From the NCBI GenBank assembly GCA_020536535.1, contig JAHLWZ010000750.1, positions 1-57,728 of the forward strand: a stretch of DNA of 57,728 nt, given 5' to 3'. Below the pieces are notes generated by a model that was given only the letters and a program-made list of their open reading frames with translations, ran no database searches and was not told where the DNA came from. Source of the DNA: Pelomyxa schiedti. Its lineage: Eukaryota; Protista; Evosea. Position numbers and translations under genes: made by a program. Within the stretch, counting starts at the first letter, position 1, and each line of letters begins with the position of its first letter. Shown here one piece after another: positions 23,005-35,937 of the stretch.

Positions 23005-24566
23005 TCAAGGAAAGACAAAGGGGTGTCCAAGTTCATACACCCGATCCCAAGGAAGACTGACACGCAGCACAGTGAACTCTGTGAATGGTTCCATCACTAC
23101 CAATTCATTGCCGTCAAGTGAAAACAAAAGCCCTGCCACTGCCCCAGTGTGGTGCTTCTGTGGTTGCATCGCGAAGACGACCAAGAGTGGATTGGTCAAG
23201 TCGTTGCAATCCCAGATGTCACACAGCCGCTTGTCGCTTGAGGCATAACAAAGGGCGAAGAGTGATTCACTCAGTCTTGAGACTCTTTCCATGCCGTCTG
23301 TTTGAAGGAGGACAGATGGTTTGGAGCTGTCCTCCGGGAAGACGACGCAACGGTTGCCCCAAGGTGGAGATATCATCATCCCTATCTCAATGAAGCTCCT
23401 GGAGCCATCTCTCTTTGTCACAACAACGGTGTTGATCATTAGGTGCAGAAAGCCGTCAACAAACATCAGGCTCGTTTGTGCCAAAACACACAACGACTTG
23501 GAGCTGAATGTCCGCTCAACATCCACCACCAAAAAGGCAGAATTCTTCTTGCTTGCATTTCGCTGGAAAGCAACGACGACGAGCTCATTTGGCGATGACT
23601 GATTGAAAAAAAGCGTCCTCAAACAAAGGCTTCCAGCAGGGTGTTTTAGCCTGACACCAACGCACGTGTCAGCTGGCTGTGAATCCCCCAGTTTTGCAAT
23701 TGTGATCCCAAAACGACATTCCCCTGAATCACATGCGCAGCCAGGAACCACAAGCCACCTGTGATTCACGGCATGCACCAAAGGCCTTTTGCTTACGAGT
23801 GCCTGCTGCATAATCCTTGGAAGCAGTGGCACCTCCTCCATTGTCACCACGTCACGCAACAACGCGAGTGATGGCTCCAGCCTCCTCCTCTTGCCCACCC
23901 ACTGCGCATTGATCCCAAGTGGGTCNNNNNNNNNNNNNNNNNNNNNNNNNNNNNNNNNNNNNNNNNNNNNNNNNNNNNNNNNNNNNNNNNNNNNNNNNNN
24001 NNNNNNNNNNNNNNNNNNNNNNNNNGCTGCATAATCCTTGGAAGCAGTGGCACCTCCTCCATTGTCACCACGTCACGCAACAACGCGAGTGATGGCTCCA
24101 GCCTCCTCCTCTTGCCCACCCACTGCGCATTGATCCCAAGTGGGTCAGGAACAACTCTGGGTTCCCAAATGAGGCACTTTAGCACCAGTGACACCCCAAA
24201 CGAGACACTCCAGTGGGTCCCTGCAACAGACACACCAACCACAAACTGGTGGAGGGTGTCTGTGACCATCACATCCCACACAATCCTGACAGCATCAGAA
24301 CATGAATCAGCTCTCTGCCTTCTCCTGGAGGCTTGTGTGTCCACGTCCATGTCCCTTTCCATTTCTGCACCAACAACCGGCCACGAAGTTGTTCTTGAAG
24401 TAGCGGATGACGACCCCTTCAGCAAAAACAGCGGCGACGACGGCGACGACGACGAGGACCGAGACCAGCCACACCTTGGGTGTGAAACAAAGCACAGGGC
24501 GACGAATTGGTCAACGCAAACCGTCCCATAATCCCTTGCCCTTGGTTCCAACGCCTGAGTTGTCAT
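23005..24566 (-). CDS. HPRCG-family unknown protein (divergent copy, spans artefactual gap)
   Basis: VDQFVALCFVSHPRCGWSRS ... CDIWDCNDL...LVVMEPFTEFTVL...PFVFP. The two ORF halves join when the 121-bp duplication is collapsed. Confidence 0.8.
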
Positions 24567-24771
24567 CGCCAGGGTTCCCGAGCGTGATATCCTTTTCTGT
24601 GTTCTAGATCTGCCTGGGCTAACTTCATTCCTTCTTCGTTGTGTACGAAAAAAAATATCTCACGATTCAACTATGACAGATTCTCTCACTATGCCAGCAT
24701 CTCCACCTGACGTGCTCAAGAAGTCACAACAAATGAGATGAAGAAAAGTGTGGTCTGACAGTCCCATTTTT

Positions 24772-26012
24772 TTAAGGGAAGTAAGGTCTAACAATAAAGT
24801 GGTCTTTGGGAGAAGGGAGGGTGCCACACAGAACTGTGAAGCCTGTGAGTGGTTCCACCACCATCAATTGATTCTCCTCAATGGAGAACACAAGCCCTGA
24901 TTCGGCCACTGCTGAGGGGTCACTAATTTCCCTTGGAACCCTCAAAAGCGGCCTTGTCATATCATTGCAATCCCAGATGTCACACAGCCAACCGCCGCCG
25001 TTTCTGGGATGAAAAGCAGCAAACAGATGCGAACTCAAGCGCAATAGTCGCGCAAAAGGAGTTTGTGGCAGAACAACCACCTGGGAGTTATCTCTGAAAA
25101 CTGGACGCAGCAAATACTGTGAGTTGGCGATGTTGCTTGGCCAATGAAACACCTGAAGCCGGCTCTGTACATCAAAATGAATGTAAAGCCCCACATGGAC
25201 CATCCTTTACCCAGCTCAGGCCTTGTTTCACTCAACACACACAATGACTGGGAATTGAATGACCTCTCAACATCAATCACCACAAACACATGTTTATCAG
25301 GTGCCTGGCGATTCCTCACCACAGCAACAACCTCATTCACTGCTGACTGGTTGAATACAACCCAAACTACTTTGTGACTCGCGGCAGGGTAACCAAGCCT
25401 GATAATGACCGGTGTGGCACCAGGATCCTTGTCCGCCAGCCTCCCAATTGACAGCCTCAACATGCTTCCTTCCTTCAAATCGCTTTCAAATCCGCCTGCC
25501 ACAAACCACACGTGATTCACGGCATAGAGAAGAAATGTTGGTGATTCCGGTGGGATTACACTCGGATACAGTGACACCTCTTCGCCAGTCGCCAAATCAT
25601 GCAACACAAAAGGCTGCAGAAGCCATCGCTTGTCGTCAACCCACCCTCCCAAAAGGGGCGCGCTGAGCTCTGCTCCAACTGCGCCAGTTGCGATCACAGG
25701 ATTACCACCATCACCATCACCATCACCATCACCACCAAGGATCCCCAGAACAAGTGGTGACACCTCGAACTTGATCAGCCAGTAAACTGAGCGTCTCCAG
25801 AAATTAGACCCAATGACAAACGAGCGGCGTGTGTCCTTGACCAGCTCCCACACCAACCTCACTGCACAAATTCCATCCGATGATGATGACGACGAAGAGG
25901 AGGACCGGGACCAACCGCACCTTGGATGGGAAACAAGGCACAGGGCAACAAATTGGTCTACGGCTCGAAGTGTCCCATGAGCCTGCGGTGTTGGTGCCCC
26001 TTTCGTATTCAT
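24772..26012 (-). pseudogene. HPRCG-family gene with a frameshift near 25092
   Basis: Homology to paralogs switches frame at CVQFSE / DNSQVVVLPQ (ORFs 25035-26012 and 24772-25203). Could be a sequencing error. Confidence 0.65.
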
Positions 26013-26213
26013 AAAAAGATATCAACCGACCGTAACCCAATCTTGTCTTTCCGACTTTCCAGGTCTGTGTTTCTGTTTATGATCATGTCTAGCTTGAGCT
26101 GCTTGTATTGTGACCTGTGAGGTTGTATCAGCAACTTGTTGTTCGGTCTTGAGATCAGCGGGTTTCACCGAAAGAACGTTCTTTGAAGAAGAAAAAAAGA
26201 ACCAAGTGAGGCG

Positions 26214-29200
26214 ATGAGTAACAACGTTACGCCGCCGGGTTCCTCCCTCTCGTCGTCATCTTCATCCTCGACGCCCTCGTCCAGCCGCAGGCCGCCGTCG
26301 CCGCCCCCGCTGTCCTCCTCGTCGTCTCTGTCGTCCTCCTCGACGAGGCCGCTGCCCCGCGCCGCGGCCCCGCCCACCACGCCGCCTCCGGCGTCCTCCA
26401 ACTTCGCGGCGTCGTCGGCGGCGCTGCCCCCGCTGGCCCCGGTCCCCGCGGCGCCCCCGCCCACCGCGGCCACCTCCCACACGAGGAGCAGCAGCACCAG
26501 CAGCGCGATGGCGAAGCTCGGCGTCAGCGCCAAGATGCTCCAGCACCAGCTGCTCAACGCCGAGGCGCTTATTTCCTCCGGCGCCTTCTCCGGCACCGGC
26601 ACGAGCACGGGCACGGGAACCGGCACGGGGACGGGGACGGGCACGGGCACGCCGCAGTGCGTGTCGCCGCCGCCGTCGACGTCGCCCAAGCACGAGGGGG
26701 GGGAGTGGGACGGGGCGCTGGCCTCTACGAGGCCGGACTCACCGGTTCCTCTGGCTTTGACTCCGAAGAGAAAGAGTGGACTTGTGGGATCCTATTCTTT
26801 CGTGAGGCCAAGTTGGGTGCCATTTCGCCAGTCGTTTTCCATTGAAAGGACTGATTTTTTTTTATTCCTCCTTTCCTACAGGTGAAATGGAAATGTTGTA
26901 TACAACTCAAGTAAGCACTTTTTTTTCAGTTTCAAAGACATCTTTCACTTAGGAGTGTTTTCTTGTGCACAGATTCTTCAACTTGAGGACGAGTTGGAAA
27001 AAGCTAGACACGCTCTGGAGTTAGAAAGAGAGATTTGGACACAACGAGAAAAAACCCTCCTGCGAACAGTAGAGTGTGATTTATACAAAGTTTGACAACA
27101 ACCTAAAGTACTGTAGGCTCTCTGTCACCACCATTTTTTCATCTCTTCCTCCCCGATGCACTGCCATGGAAAGTGGCAAAATTCGGTTCAGTCCAGTAAG
27201 TTCTTCAACTTCAACTCCCCAGCCTGTTGACGAGAAAGAAGTACGGTTTCTTGTTCCCTACACGAACCCAACATCCAATCAAGATAAGATTTCAACGAAC
27301 CTACCAAACATCCCCAAAGTTATTGGGGTGGGTTGTTCGACCCTCGGACAACTTTAATGAAAAACTTCCTCCAGAATCTTTCCAGGTTCCTTCCACTCCG
27401 ACTTCTTCCTACAACAAAACATCAAACCAGGTCAACCAAACAGGGTTTAAAGTGAGAATCTCTCAAGAGACAGTGTCCTCTCTTGTGGACATTTATTGGC
27501 TGGCCTATTTTCTGCCCTCTGCCACCGATTGCAGTGCTATAGCTCCTATACTGCGGGTATTTTTTTATTACATTTCTATTGCATTTCATATTAAGGGGAC
27601 AAAAACCTACAGGCGATTGAAACGCAGTCGGCTACAGAGAAGCAGGTGGCGCAGTGGGTGAAAAAGAATGGAATTTCTACAACTGATGCTCAAGGTGTAT
27701 CACTGCTTCATGCCGCTGCCCATGCAGGAAACTTACCGTATCTACATTTCCTTTTTTACTCTGTATTACCCACATTTCTTCCAGAATAGTGACCTCCCTG
27801 CTTTCCCGTGGAGCTCCAATCAATCTAGCTGATGAACATGGATGGACCCCACTCACTAATGCTGTCAGCTCTGGGAATGTGGCTCTTACCCAATTTCTTT
27901 TGAATGTACGTACAAATCACAGTATCGTCAATTTCACATGTGTATTAGCACAGCGCAGACCCCAAAGTTATCTCGGAAAGTCACGCTACCACACTTCATT
28001 ATCTTTGTCGGCATTCAAGTCTGTAAGACCTACTTGCGCCGGAGTTAACATTTTTCCCCCTAGCACCCACTCCAACCCCTGAATACGTTGGACTACTCCA
28101 AAGACTTGTGGCGTCTGGTGTTGATTTGAATGCGCAGGACAAGTCTGATGACACTATTCTCCATGTGATTGCTAGAAAACGGGCACATATCGGTTATTGC
28201 TCCAAGATCCTTGGTTTCGCTCTAACTCGTTTCTAGATCTTTTTAGAATTATACTTAACGGGAATGGGTGTAACCCCAACCTTGTCAACAAGGATAATAT
28301 GACACCATTTTTTTATATTGTCTCCGATTCTCCTTGTGAGTTTTTCCCAACCTGTACATGCACTCCAAACTGTGCTAGATGATGAACAGATCCCGATACT
28401 CACTGAATTTCTTGAACATGGAGCAGATATCCAGGCCAAAACAACCAGAGGAACTGCACAAACTCTTACACCTGCAACCAACACGAAACTTCTTTCGTGG
28501 CTAGAGGCTGCTATGCAAAGCAGTTCCAATGGCATCACTGGCCTTGGCTTGGATGGAATGACAGTAGGAGGGACACTACGAAACTCTACCAATGGAAAAC
28601 TTTCCGTGAAAGTAATATCTGCCCGCTCACTTCATGTGGAAGGCGGCTATGGTATGATCAAAATTACTCATCGAGATATCTAAATGGAAAACAGATCCCT
28701 ATTGCAAACTCTTAATTGATAGAAAGAAGGTCGATGAAGTACCCCGTCGACAACATACCTCAAGTCCGATATGGAGCCTATCATACTCTTTGTATGTTCT
28801 GAAAATATGGAGCATCACTAACTTTACTTTAAGCACCGCATCTGAAACCTCCATTTTCACTGTGGAAGTTTGGGGTCATGTGAGATACCCTTACACCAAC
28901 TTCTTCTTAACCCAAAAAAAAGAGTCTGGTCCATGCCCACATATTCTTGGGTGAAGTGAGGATTCCTCTTGGCAAAATACACGAAACCATGACAGAAACA
29001 TGGTATCCACTGTCTCCTGGATCACATCCAGAGATTGGAACATCTTTGGGTGACATAAAGCTAGGTTTATCACTTATGTACCTGGAGGTTTGAGCCAGTT
29101 CTTTTTTTTTTTTTTACCTTGATGAACCTACTTCAGGACTCACAAACAAAAACTTCCGATATCACTGAGTTCGTTACAAGGACACTGCCTGATGTGGAAT

Positions 29201-30848
29201 GGGTTTCAGTTAGTTTTGTTATTGTCTCAAATGACTCTCAATTTTATCTTAAAGGAAACTTCTACTGAGACCTTACCGTTTTTGGATAATGTCCTGCAAC
29301 AGGGATTCCACATAGAAGTAATCTTATTGTCATGCCTTTAAAACTCAACTTCATGATTAGAGTGGCCCGACAAACATTAATGGAAGTCCTGGTACTGATC
29401 CAATTTTTGATGAGACTTATGCTCGCCTTTTCTTTGCTGACTTCTTTGCCGGGAAAGGTGCGTAAATTTTGGCAGTATTCACAGTAATGCGTGCTAGACC
29501 ATACTACATTCTACGGACGTGATGCTGGAGGTCCGATTATAATATCTCTCGAAGATAGCTCACAGTCCCCACACAGACGAGCAATAATACGTACAAAGAA
29601 AGTCTGTCAGCGGTTTCTTTTTCTCTTCTAAGATTCATTCAGGAAAATCGTCGTGTTGTAATTCCGAAGTCAGCAAAGAATGAGCTGGAGGCACTCAAGG
29701 CAGCTTCTAGTCCTCTTCTTATTAATGCCAAAGTATCATCTTCAAGGTAAAACAGTGTCTTTTTTCTTTCTTCTTTTACCTCCAGGCACAGATCCAAGGT
29801 TTGGCAAGATGCTGTTCTCAAATTTGACACAAGACAAAGAATAGCAAGGTATAAGTTTGGAATGGTCTATGCAAAAGCAGGACAAAAAACTGAGATGGAA
29901 ATGTTGAACAATGGTCTGTGTTACTTTTCACAATACTAGCAATTAAACGCTAGAAGACGATATGAGTACCGAATTTGACGAATTTCTGAACTGCCTTGGG
30001 GATAGAATAACTTTACAGGGCTGGCAAAAATACACTGCCGGCTTAGATACAACATGTCGCTTCGCAAGTTAACTTTGTCAACTTACACATTTACAGCTAA
30101 TAGTACCGGGACACATTCTGTCTACACTGCGTTTGAAAATGTAGAGATAATGTTCCACGTACGCTGTAGCATGCCAATTGGTTTCTTAGGTATAACCTTA
30201 AATAGGTTGCCACATTGCTACCCAATCAGCCGGCAGACACTCAAAAGGTTCACATTTTCATCTCAAGGTTTGACAATCACCATCCAACAGATTGAAAGAA
30301 AAAGACACATTGGAAATGACATTGTATTTACTTAACTCCTTCTTTCTCGTCTAAACAAAAAGAGGTCGTAGTACTATTCAAAGAAATGACCGGTCTTGAT
30401 GACAAAATGGATTTACTTACATTCGTGTCACACTTCAACCGTATGTAGCTGTATCTTCCAGAAACCTCTAAACCTCGCCTAGACGTATTCTGTATTGTCT
30501 CTCCAATCACAGTAGCTGGGCAGCCCGGCTACAAGTACAGTCTGTAATTCTTTTCTTGGAACTTCTCAGTCTTTGCAGGGTGTGTTTCTGTAACCGAGGC
30601 TCTGTGAGGCCCTTCTTTCCCAAACTCCCGTCACCGGCAGAGTTTGTGAAAGGTCCTGACTTCAAGCAGTTCTTACTTACCAAACGTATGCCTATGTATT
30701 ATATTCAATGAACAGCTTCTTACTATCCCAAGTTGTAAATTCGGAAAGAGCTGCAATGGAGGCAATGGACTTCCGTGTACCAACTGTCAATACCCGGCAA
30801 GCGCTACTAAATGACATAATATCGACTTGTACTGCCTCAAAGTCATAA
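26214..30848 (+). CDS. Rap/Ran-GAP domain protein with N-terminal low-complexity region, ankyrin repeats and C2 domain (many introns)
   Basis: Ankyrin DEHGWTPL and NKDNMTPF, C2-like KLSVKVISARSL. RapGAP motifs YKFGMVYAKAGQKTE, FDEFLNCLGDRITLQGW..YTAGLD, TGTHSVY..EIMFH|VATLLP and IERKRHIGNDI are joined over GT-AG introns. TAA at 30846-30848. Confidence 0.88.
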
Positions 30849-30938
30849 AGAATGCTAGAACCAGGTATTAACCACCAAATACTGCTTGTACTAACAAAAA
30901 TTCAAAAAACCAAAAGAAAAACTCTCAGAATCACGTGA

Positions 30939-31216
30939 GTTTCATATTACTTTCAAAAGGACTGAAGTTAGATAGTTGTATTCATCATTACACTAGAGCC
31001 AGCACAACCAAGGCAACACTAACAAACACATGCCACCAACGTAATTGTGGGACTTTAGTCTTGTACACACTAATTTCCTTTTTCCGCTAAACCCACAATT
31101 GTGGTTGGCTGTTGTGTGTTGATTTAGTACGGTGCCTTGTCCAGTGCTCTCCTTCAGACAGTCCCTAGGATGAACCAAATTTATCTAGCTTTAGTCCTTT
31201 TGAAAAGCCATGAAAC
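30939..31216. mobile_element. Foldback / MITE-like imperfect palindrome
   Basis: The left arm gtttcatattactttcaaaaggactgaagttagatagttgtattcatc matches the reverse complement of 31169-31216 (gtttcatggcttttcaaaaggactaaagctagataaatttggttcatc). Inner arms (caaggca..ctaa, aattgtggg..tttag) also pair. Confidence 0.6.
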
Positions 31217-31394
31217 CAACCTAACGATACTGAATTTTTTGCTGGTCAATTGAGTGGGGGTTGCTGGCCCACTTTTTCCCCAAAAAAGCTCAGAAAACAA
31301 CCAAGCAGAAAACTGGGCCATCAAATCTCGGCAAAGACAAAAAAAAAAGAAAACAAGCATAATACAACAAAAAAAGATCGTTACCGAAACAAAT

Positions 31395-32655
31395 ATGCAC
31401 GTGGCGACACCGGTAGTTGGGTACTACGACTTTGACAACGGCGGATACGCATCTACATCACCGGCTTCGAGTACGGCTCCGCAGCGTCAACCTGCCGAGA
31501 TCCCGTCGGTTTCAGCTACTGCGCAGCCGACGCTGTACGACTTCTACTCTGGCAAGTATTTGGCGTCACAAAGCCAGCAGCCGCAGCAACAACGTAGCGC
31601 GATTTCCGGAGTTGTGAATGTTGTTGGCGCTAGTGCGAGTGCGACTGCGACTGCGACTCCTACTACGACGCCGTATAGGGTCGCGTACGGAGGTAGCGCG
31701 AATAGAACGCCCGCGGCTTCCCACGTTCCAGCCACACCGCCTCCTTCGTATGCTTCTTATGAGGCGGAGAGGTCGCTGTTGTTTGGGCAGCAACCACAGA
31801 GGACGCCTGCTACTGCGACGCCGTCCGCGTATGGAATGAGCAGCACTCCGTCATCGGGGCCCAGGGCGGCTCCCGTCAATAAATACACAAACATGGCCAG
31901 TGCTGATGCTACGACGCCAACAACACCTGCGCAGTGTCAACAGCAAATCACGGACTACAATGCGGCGTCACTGGCTACAACTGACAGAATGATCGCCATT
32001 TGCGAAGAAACACGTGTGTGTGGTGCTCAAACACTATCAACACTTCGTGATCAAGGAGGTATGCTTTATCTTTTCATCCACCAAGAATTGCCAACCTTTT
32101 TCTCTCAGAGCAACTTGAAAGAGCAAATAAAAAGATGGACAAAATTAACAACGACATAACAACGGCAGATTGGTACGTGCCCATCCTTTTCTTGATACCT
32201 CCTCTAAGGAAAACCGCAGGCTTGTAAGAAACATGCAGTCAATTCCTGGGGCTCTATGGAACTATTGCACAGGACCCCCAACACCCAAAAATCCACCTCT
32301 TCCCCAAGCAAGTGCAACTCACTCCACAACCAAATTCTCCGCTACATCCGCCACACCGTCAGCAATAGCCACACCCTCGCCATACTCGACACCATCCACC
32401 ACATCCACAGGATCCTACAGAGCACAGGCCACCGCACAGCCACAAACATATGTGTCATCAGCTTACGATGACCCGGCACTTGATGCACGCCTTGACACCC
32501 TGCACAACATACTCACGGACTTGAAGGAGATTGGTCAAGAGGCCGGAGACGAACTAGACCACCACAACAAACTCATCGGCACCCTGGAACACAAAGTGGA
32601 CAATGCAAATGCCAGGCTGTCCAAAACCACAAAATCAGTTCACAAGCTATTGTAA
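31395..32655 (+). CDS. SNAP-25/Sec9-type Qbc-SNARE with long low-complexity N-terminus
   Basis: Qb helix SLATTDRMIAICEETRVCGAQTLSTLRDQG|EQL and Qc helix LDARLDTLHNILTDLKEIGQEAGDELDHHNKLIGTLEHKVDNANARL. No TM anchor. Confidence 0.85.
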
Positions 32656-32761
32656 ATGGATTGTATTTAAATTAAATAGAATAAAAACTCTACCCGTAGT
32701 TTTGACAAAACCTCTTTTTTCCCTTTTCTTGTGCTCTAACTGAGCAATTTGTGCTTGGGCC

Positions 32762-33525
32762 TTAGTTCAATCCCTCTTGTTGTACGAGATAGTATATCAT
32801 TCTGAGGGAAGTGAGAAACACTGTTTGTTTTTAATATAGATAGTAACCTTCCGAGGTATGTGAAGAACAGTATCGTGCTGTAGCCAATCTTGCAGGCCGC
32901 TATGACTTTGTGTGTATGCATGTCAGTAAAAACTGTGACCGGGTTGATCTTTGACTTATGTTGCAATTCACTAGGCATAGAAGGTTAGGTTAGAAGTGGA
33001 AAAAGTAAGTAGGATAAAGTACTTTCTGATGTAGTACGCTGCAAACGGAATGTTCAAAATGAATTCTACAAAGAAACCACAAATCATAAGCAGGACCATA
33101 AACCCCCCAAAGATGTAAATTTCTGGTTTTACAAAACTGGAAAGGGAAAGTGTAGAGTTAGTAAATTGACACGGCGCACAAACATTACACAGGAACACAC
33201 ACACTATCTATTATTCATACTTGTGATTTCAGAGTGCAATAAAGGTGAAGGAGTGAGTGATTACGGGTTGAGTTTTCTAGCCAGGTCTATCGGGTTCACA
33301 TAGCCAGTCTCGCAGTCACTAAACGTGATCAACTGTTACAGTGCCAAGAGTCAATCTCCATGCCCAACAACCACCTCAGCCAACTAACAACGACACCGCC
33401 GACGAAAGAGTACTACAAAAAAAGCACTAGACAGACAGAGGGGACTCTACCGTTACAGCCGCGAAGAAAATAATCAAGCACGACATGGCCATGGCCAACA
33501 ACCACACTCCCAATGCTACCAACAT
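32762..33525 (-). CDS. CNIH: Cornichon / Erv14-family ER cargo receptor (multi-exon)
   Basis: Manual splicing gives MLVALGVWLLAMAMSCLIIFFAAVT|LITFSDCETGYVNPIDLARKLNP|FVKPEIY...FILNIPFAAYYIRK|..INPVTVF..KIGYSTILFFTYLGR|MIYYLV, matching the cornichon pattern (D.E..Y.NP.D, PE, LN.P, FF.Y). Confidence 0.82.
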
Positions 33526-33584
33526 CCCCGTCGTTCTATTGTGATGAACTGATGGATCAGAGAAAGTGGCTTCTGGTATGTTGA

Positions 33585-35937
33585 TTAGTGGGCCCTATAG
33601 AATTCGTCGTCAACCAGTTGATAGGTATCCTTTAAGATGGAATTAGAGATGTATGTATCCAGGTGAAGAGAGATACCTTGTCCACGTTAAATCCCTGTTC
33701 AGCAGACAACCTGTATAGCCTCAACGCCTCTGGGCCATTTTCCACTACATCAGCCCATCCATTCTCATATAGCTTGGCCATAAGGTACTGACCCCATGCA
33801 TCGCCACCCTCTGATGCTTTTCTGATCCACTTCACTCCTTCCCTCTCATTCTTGTCACGGAACCATGTGGTGACTCCCAGAAGCGAACGCACGGTGTCCC
33901 CCATAAGCATCTCCAAGCCAGCTTGTGCTTCTCCAAGGCGTGCCTGTGCCCTCACGTTACCAAGGTGTGCTGCCACCTCAAGGTGACTCTGTTTTGCGGT
34001 GGTGTCTTTCAGACAGTTACTTAGTTGGTACTCAGCAAGGGCACGAGGAACATCGAGGAACTTGCTCAGGCTCCTGGTTGTTGCTGTTCCTGATTCGGAA
34101 GCTGTAATACATACAGATATTGCTTGTTGGTATTCCTTCTGGGACACAGTGAGGGATCTTCTGTAGTGATTGTATTGCATCATAGTGCCACGCATGACAT
34201 GTGCCAAAGCGACAAGCCCACTTGTGGCAGTGTCAGTGTGTGGAGTAGTAGTGAAGAGAGATAAAATTTTAGAAGCCCTTCCCTTTTCTTCCTGAGGGGG
34301 CATAAGAGCCAATGCTCTGAGAATAATTTTCTCCAGGAACTCCTGTGATGTTGAGCGGCTGTAACGCAAGCATTCACATATTTCCTCAGCAGGATATCTC
34401 CCAAATGGTCGACATGGCTGGAGGGAATCTGGGTGCAGCTGCATGATGAAATGAAGGAGTATCAGGCCAAGTGCATCGCAGTGAGTGGTTATGCTTCTGC
34501 AGTCTGAACAGTTGTAACTTCTGTACATTTGGTGGAGTGGTGTGTCCCCACTGTGTGGGACCGTTTGACAATTTCTGTAGTCACCAATGGGGCCATGTGA
34601 GGAAGGGAACATCTCAAGGCAGTTTCTGAAACATGAGTCGAATTCACCCTCAACAAGGAGCTTAGTTGTCCTCATTGCAAATTCTTCTTCACTTTCACTT
34701 TCCCCTGTGATTTTTTTCAGGTCAAGATCACAACAACTAAAAATGTTGCTTACAGAAGGATAGGGAATTAATACACTTCAGAATTGGAGCCACCTGGTAC
34801 TTTGCACTGGTGTTTGTCCTCCACATCACATCAGAAAGTATTGGTGGGCAATCAGTCTTTATGTGGGTGCCAACGGTGATGTGAGGGAACAGAGAAAAGT
34901 AAAATGTTTGGATTTGATTGAGGCCTCCAAGCACCTCAGCTTGCACTTTTTCACTCTCCTTTGACTCACAGCAATTTTGGGAACCAACTTTTCTCAAGAG
35001 GATTTGAGAACCCTTCAACTGTGAGACAACAGACTGCCTGCATTTGAGTTCCAACTTGAGAGTCCTCTTTCTGCTTTCAAAGAATTTTGCTGTGTTGGCG
35101 AGCAGTGTGTTCTTCCTTTTCTGGATTTCCTTAGTTATCCTTGTAAACGTGTGTGTAATCTCCCCTTCAATGGTCCTTTGGCGCTTTTTAAAGTTAAATT
35201 GGAACCAATAGCCATCAAAACAGAACGAACATTTGTGAGAGTTGTGAGGGCACCATCAATGCAATCTGCAGAGTTTTGCATGTGGCATTCTTTTCTTCCC
35301 ATCTCGTGAACCATCGAACCCATTAATGGGGTAAGTTCTTTTGCTGTGCCTTCGGCTAATTCGTGTGTGCTGTGGTGTGCCAAAGCACACTCGAGGCACA
35401 TGGGTAGCTTATCAGTCACACAGTATCTTTCCACTGGTCTGTCATGGTGAAAAACACATCTCCCTATATATGTAAGTTAGAACTCTACATTTGGCTTAGA
35501 AGATTGAAAGTTTGGTAATTAATACGTTGTAGGCCTGAGGAGTCACCCAATTCGTGTTGTGGTTTATACGTGGGGCAACCATCTACACCTGCCTCAGCCA
35601 TTACATCCCAAATGCACAGTGATGTCTTGTGGTGACACACCCGGCACTCAATATTCACTATGCCATCCTCACGGTTGGGTTTTTGCTCAGAACCTTCTGT
35701 GACGATTAGAATGGCACACCAACTACATACATGCGCGCTAGGCTCACCCCAGCTAAAGTAGGCAGTTGTGCACAGCGACACCATGCAACACCAGCACACG
35801 CAGTGCCCGCACTCCTTAAGAATAAATGAGAATGAAATCTATTTACCACCACCACCAACTACCATTGGGGCACCAGAATACAATAGCCGGCAACACACCC
35901 AACAAACACCCCCTGGATTAGACTGTGTCCCCTCCAT
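33585..35937 (-). CDS. RING - B-box - coiled coil (TRIM-like) protein with C-terminal Sel1-like repeats
   Basis: CWVC..CGHCVCWCC..CRVC RING, B-box C.FHHDRPVERYCVTDKLPMCLECALAHHSTH, a coiled-coil exon, then Sel1 motifs GVKWIRKASEGGDAWGQYLMAKLYENG and ALRLYRLSAEQG. Confidence 0.72.
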
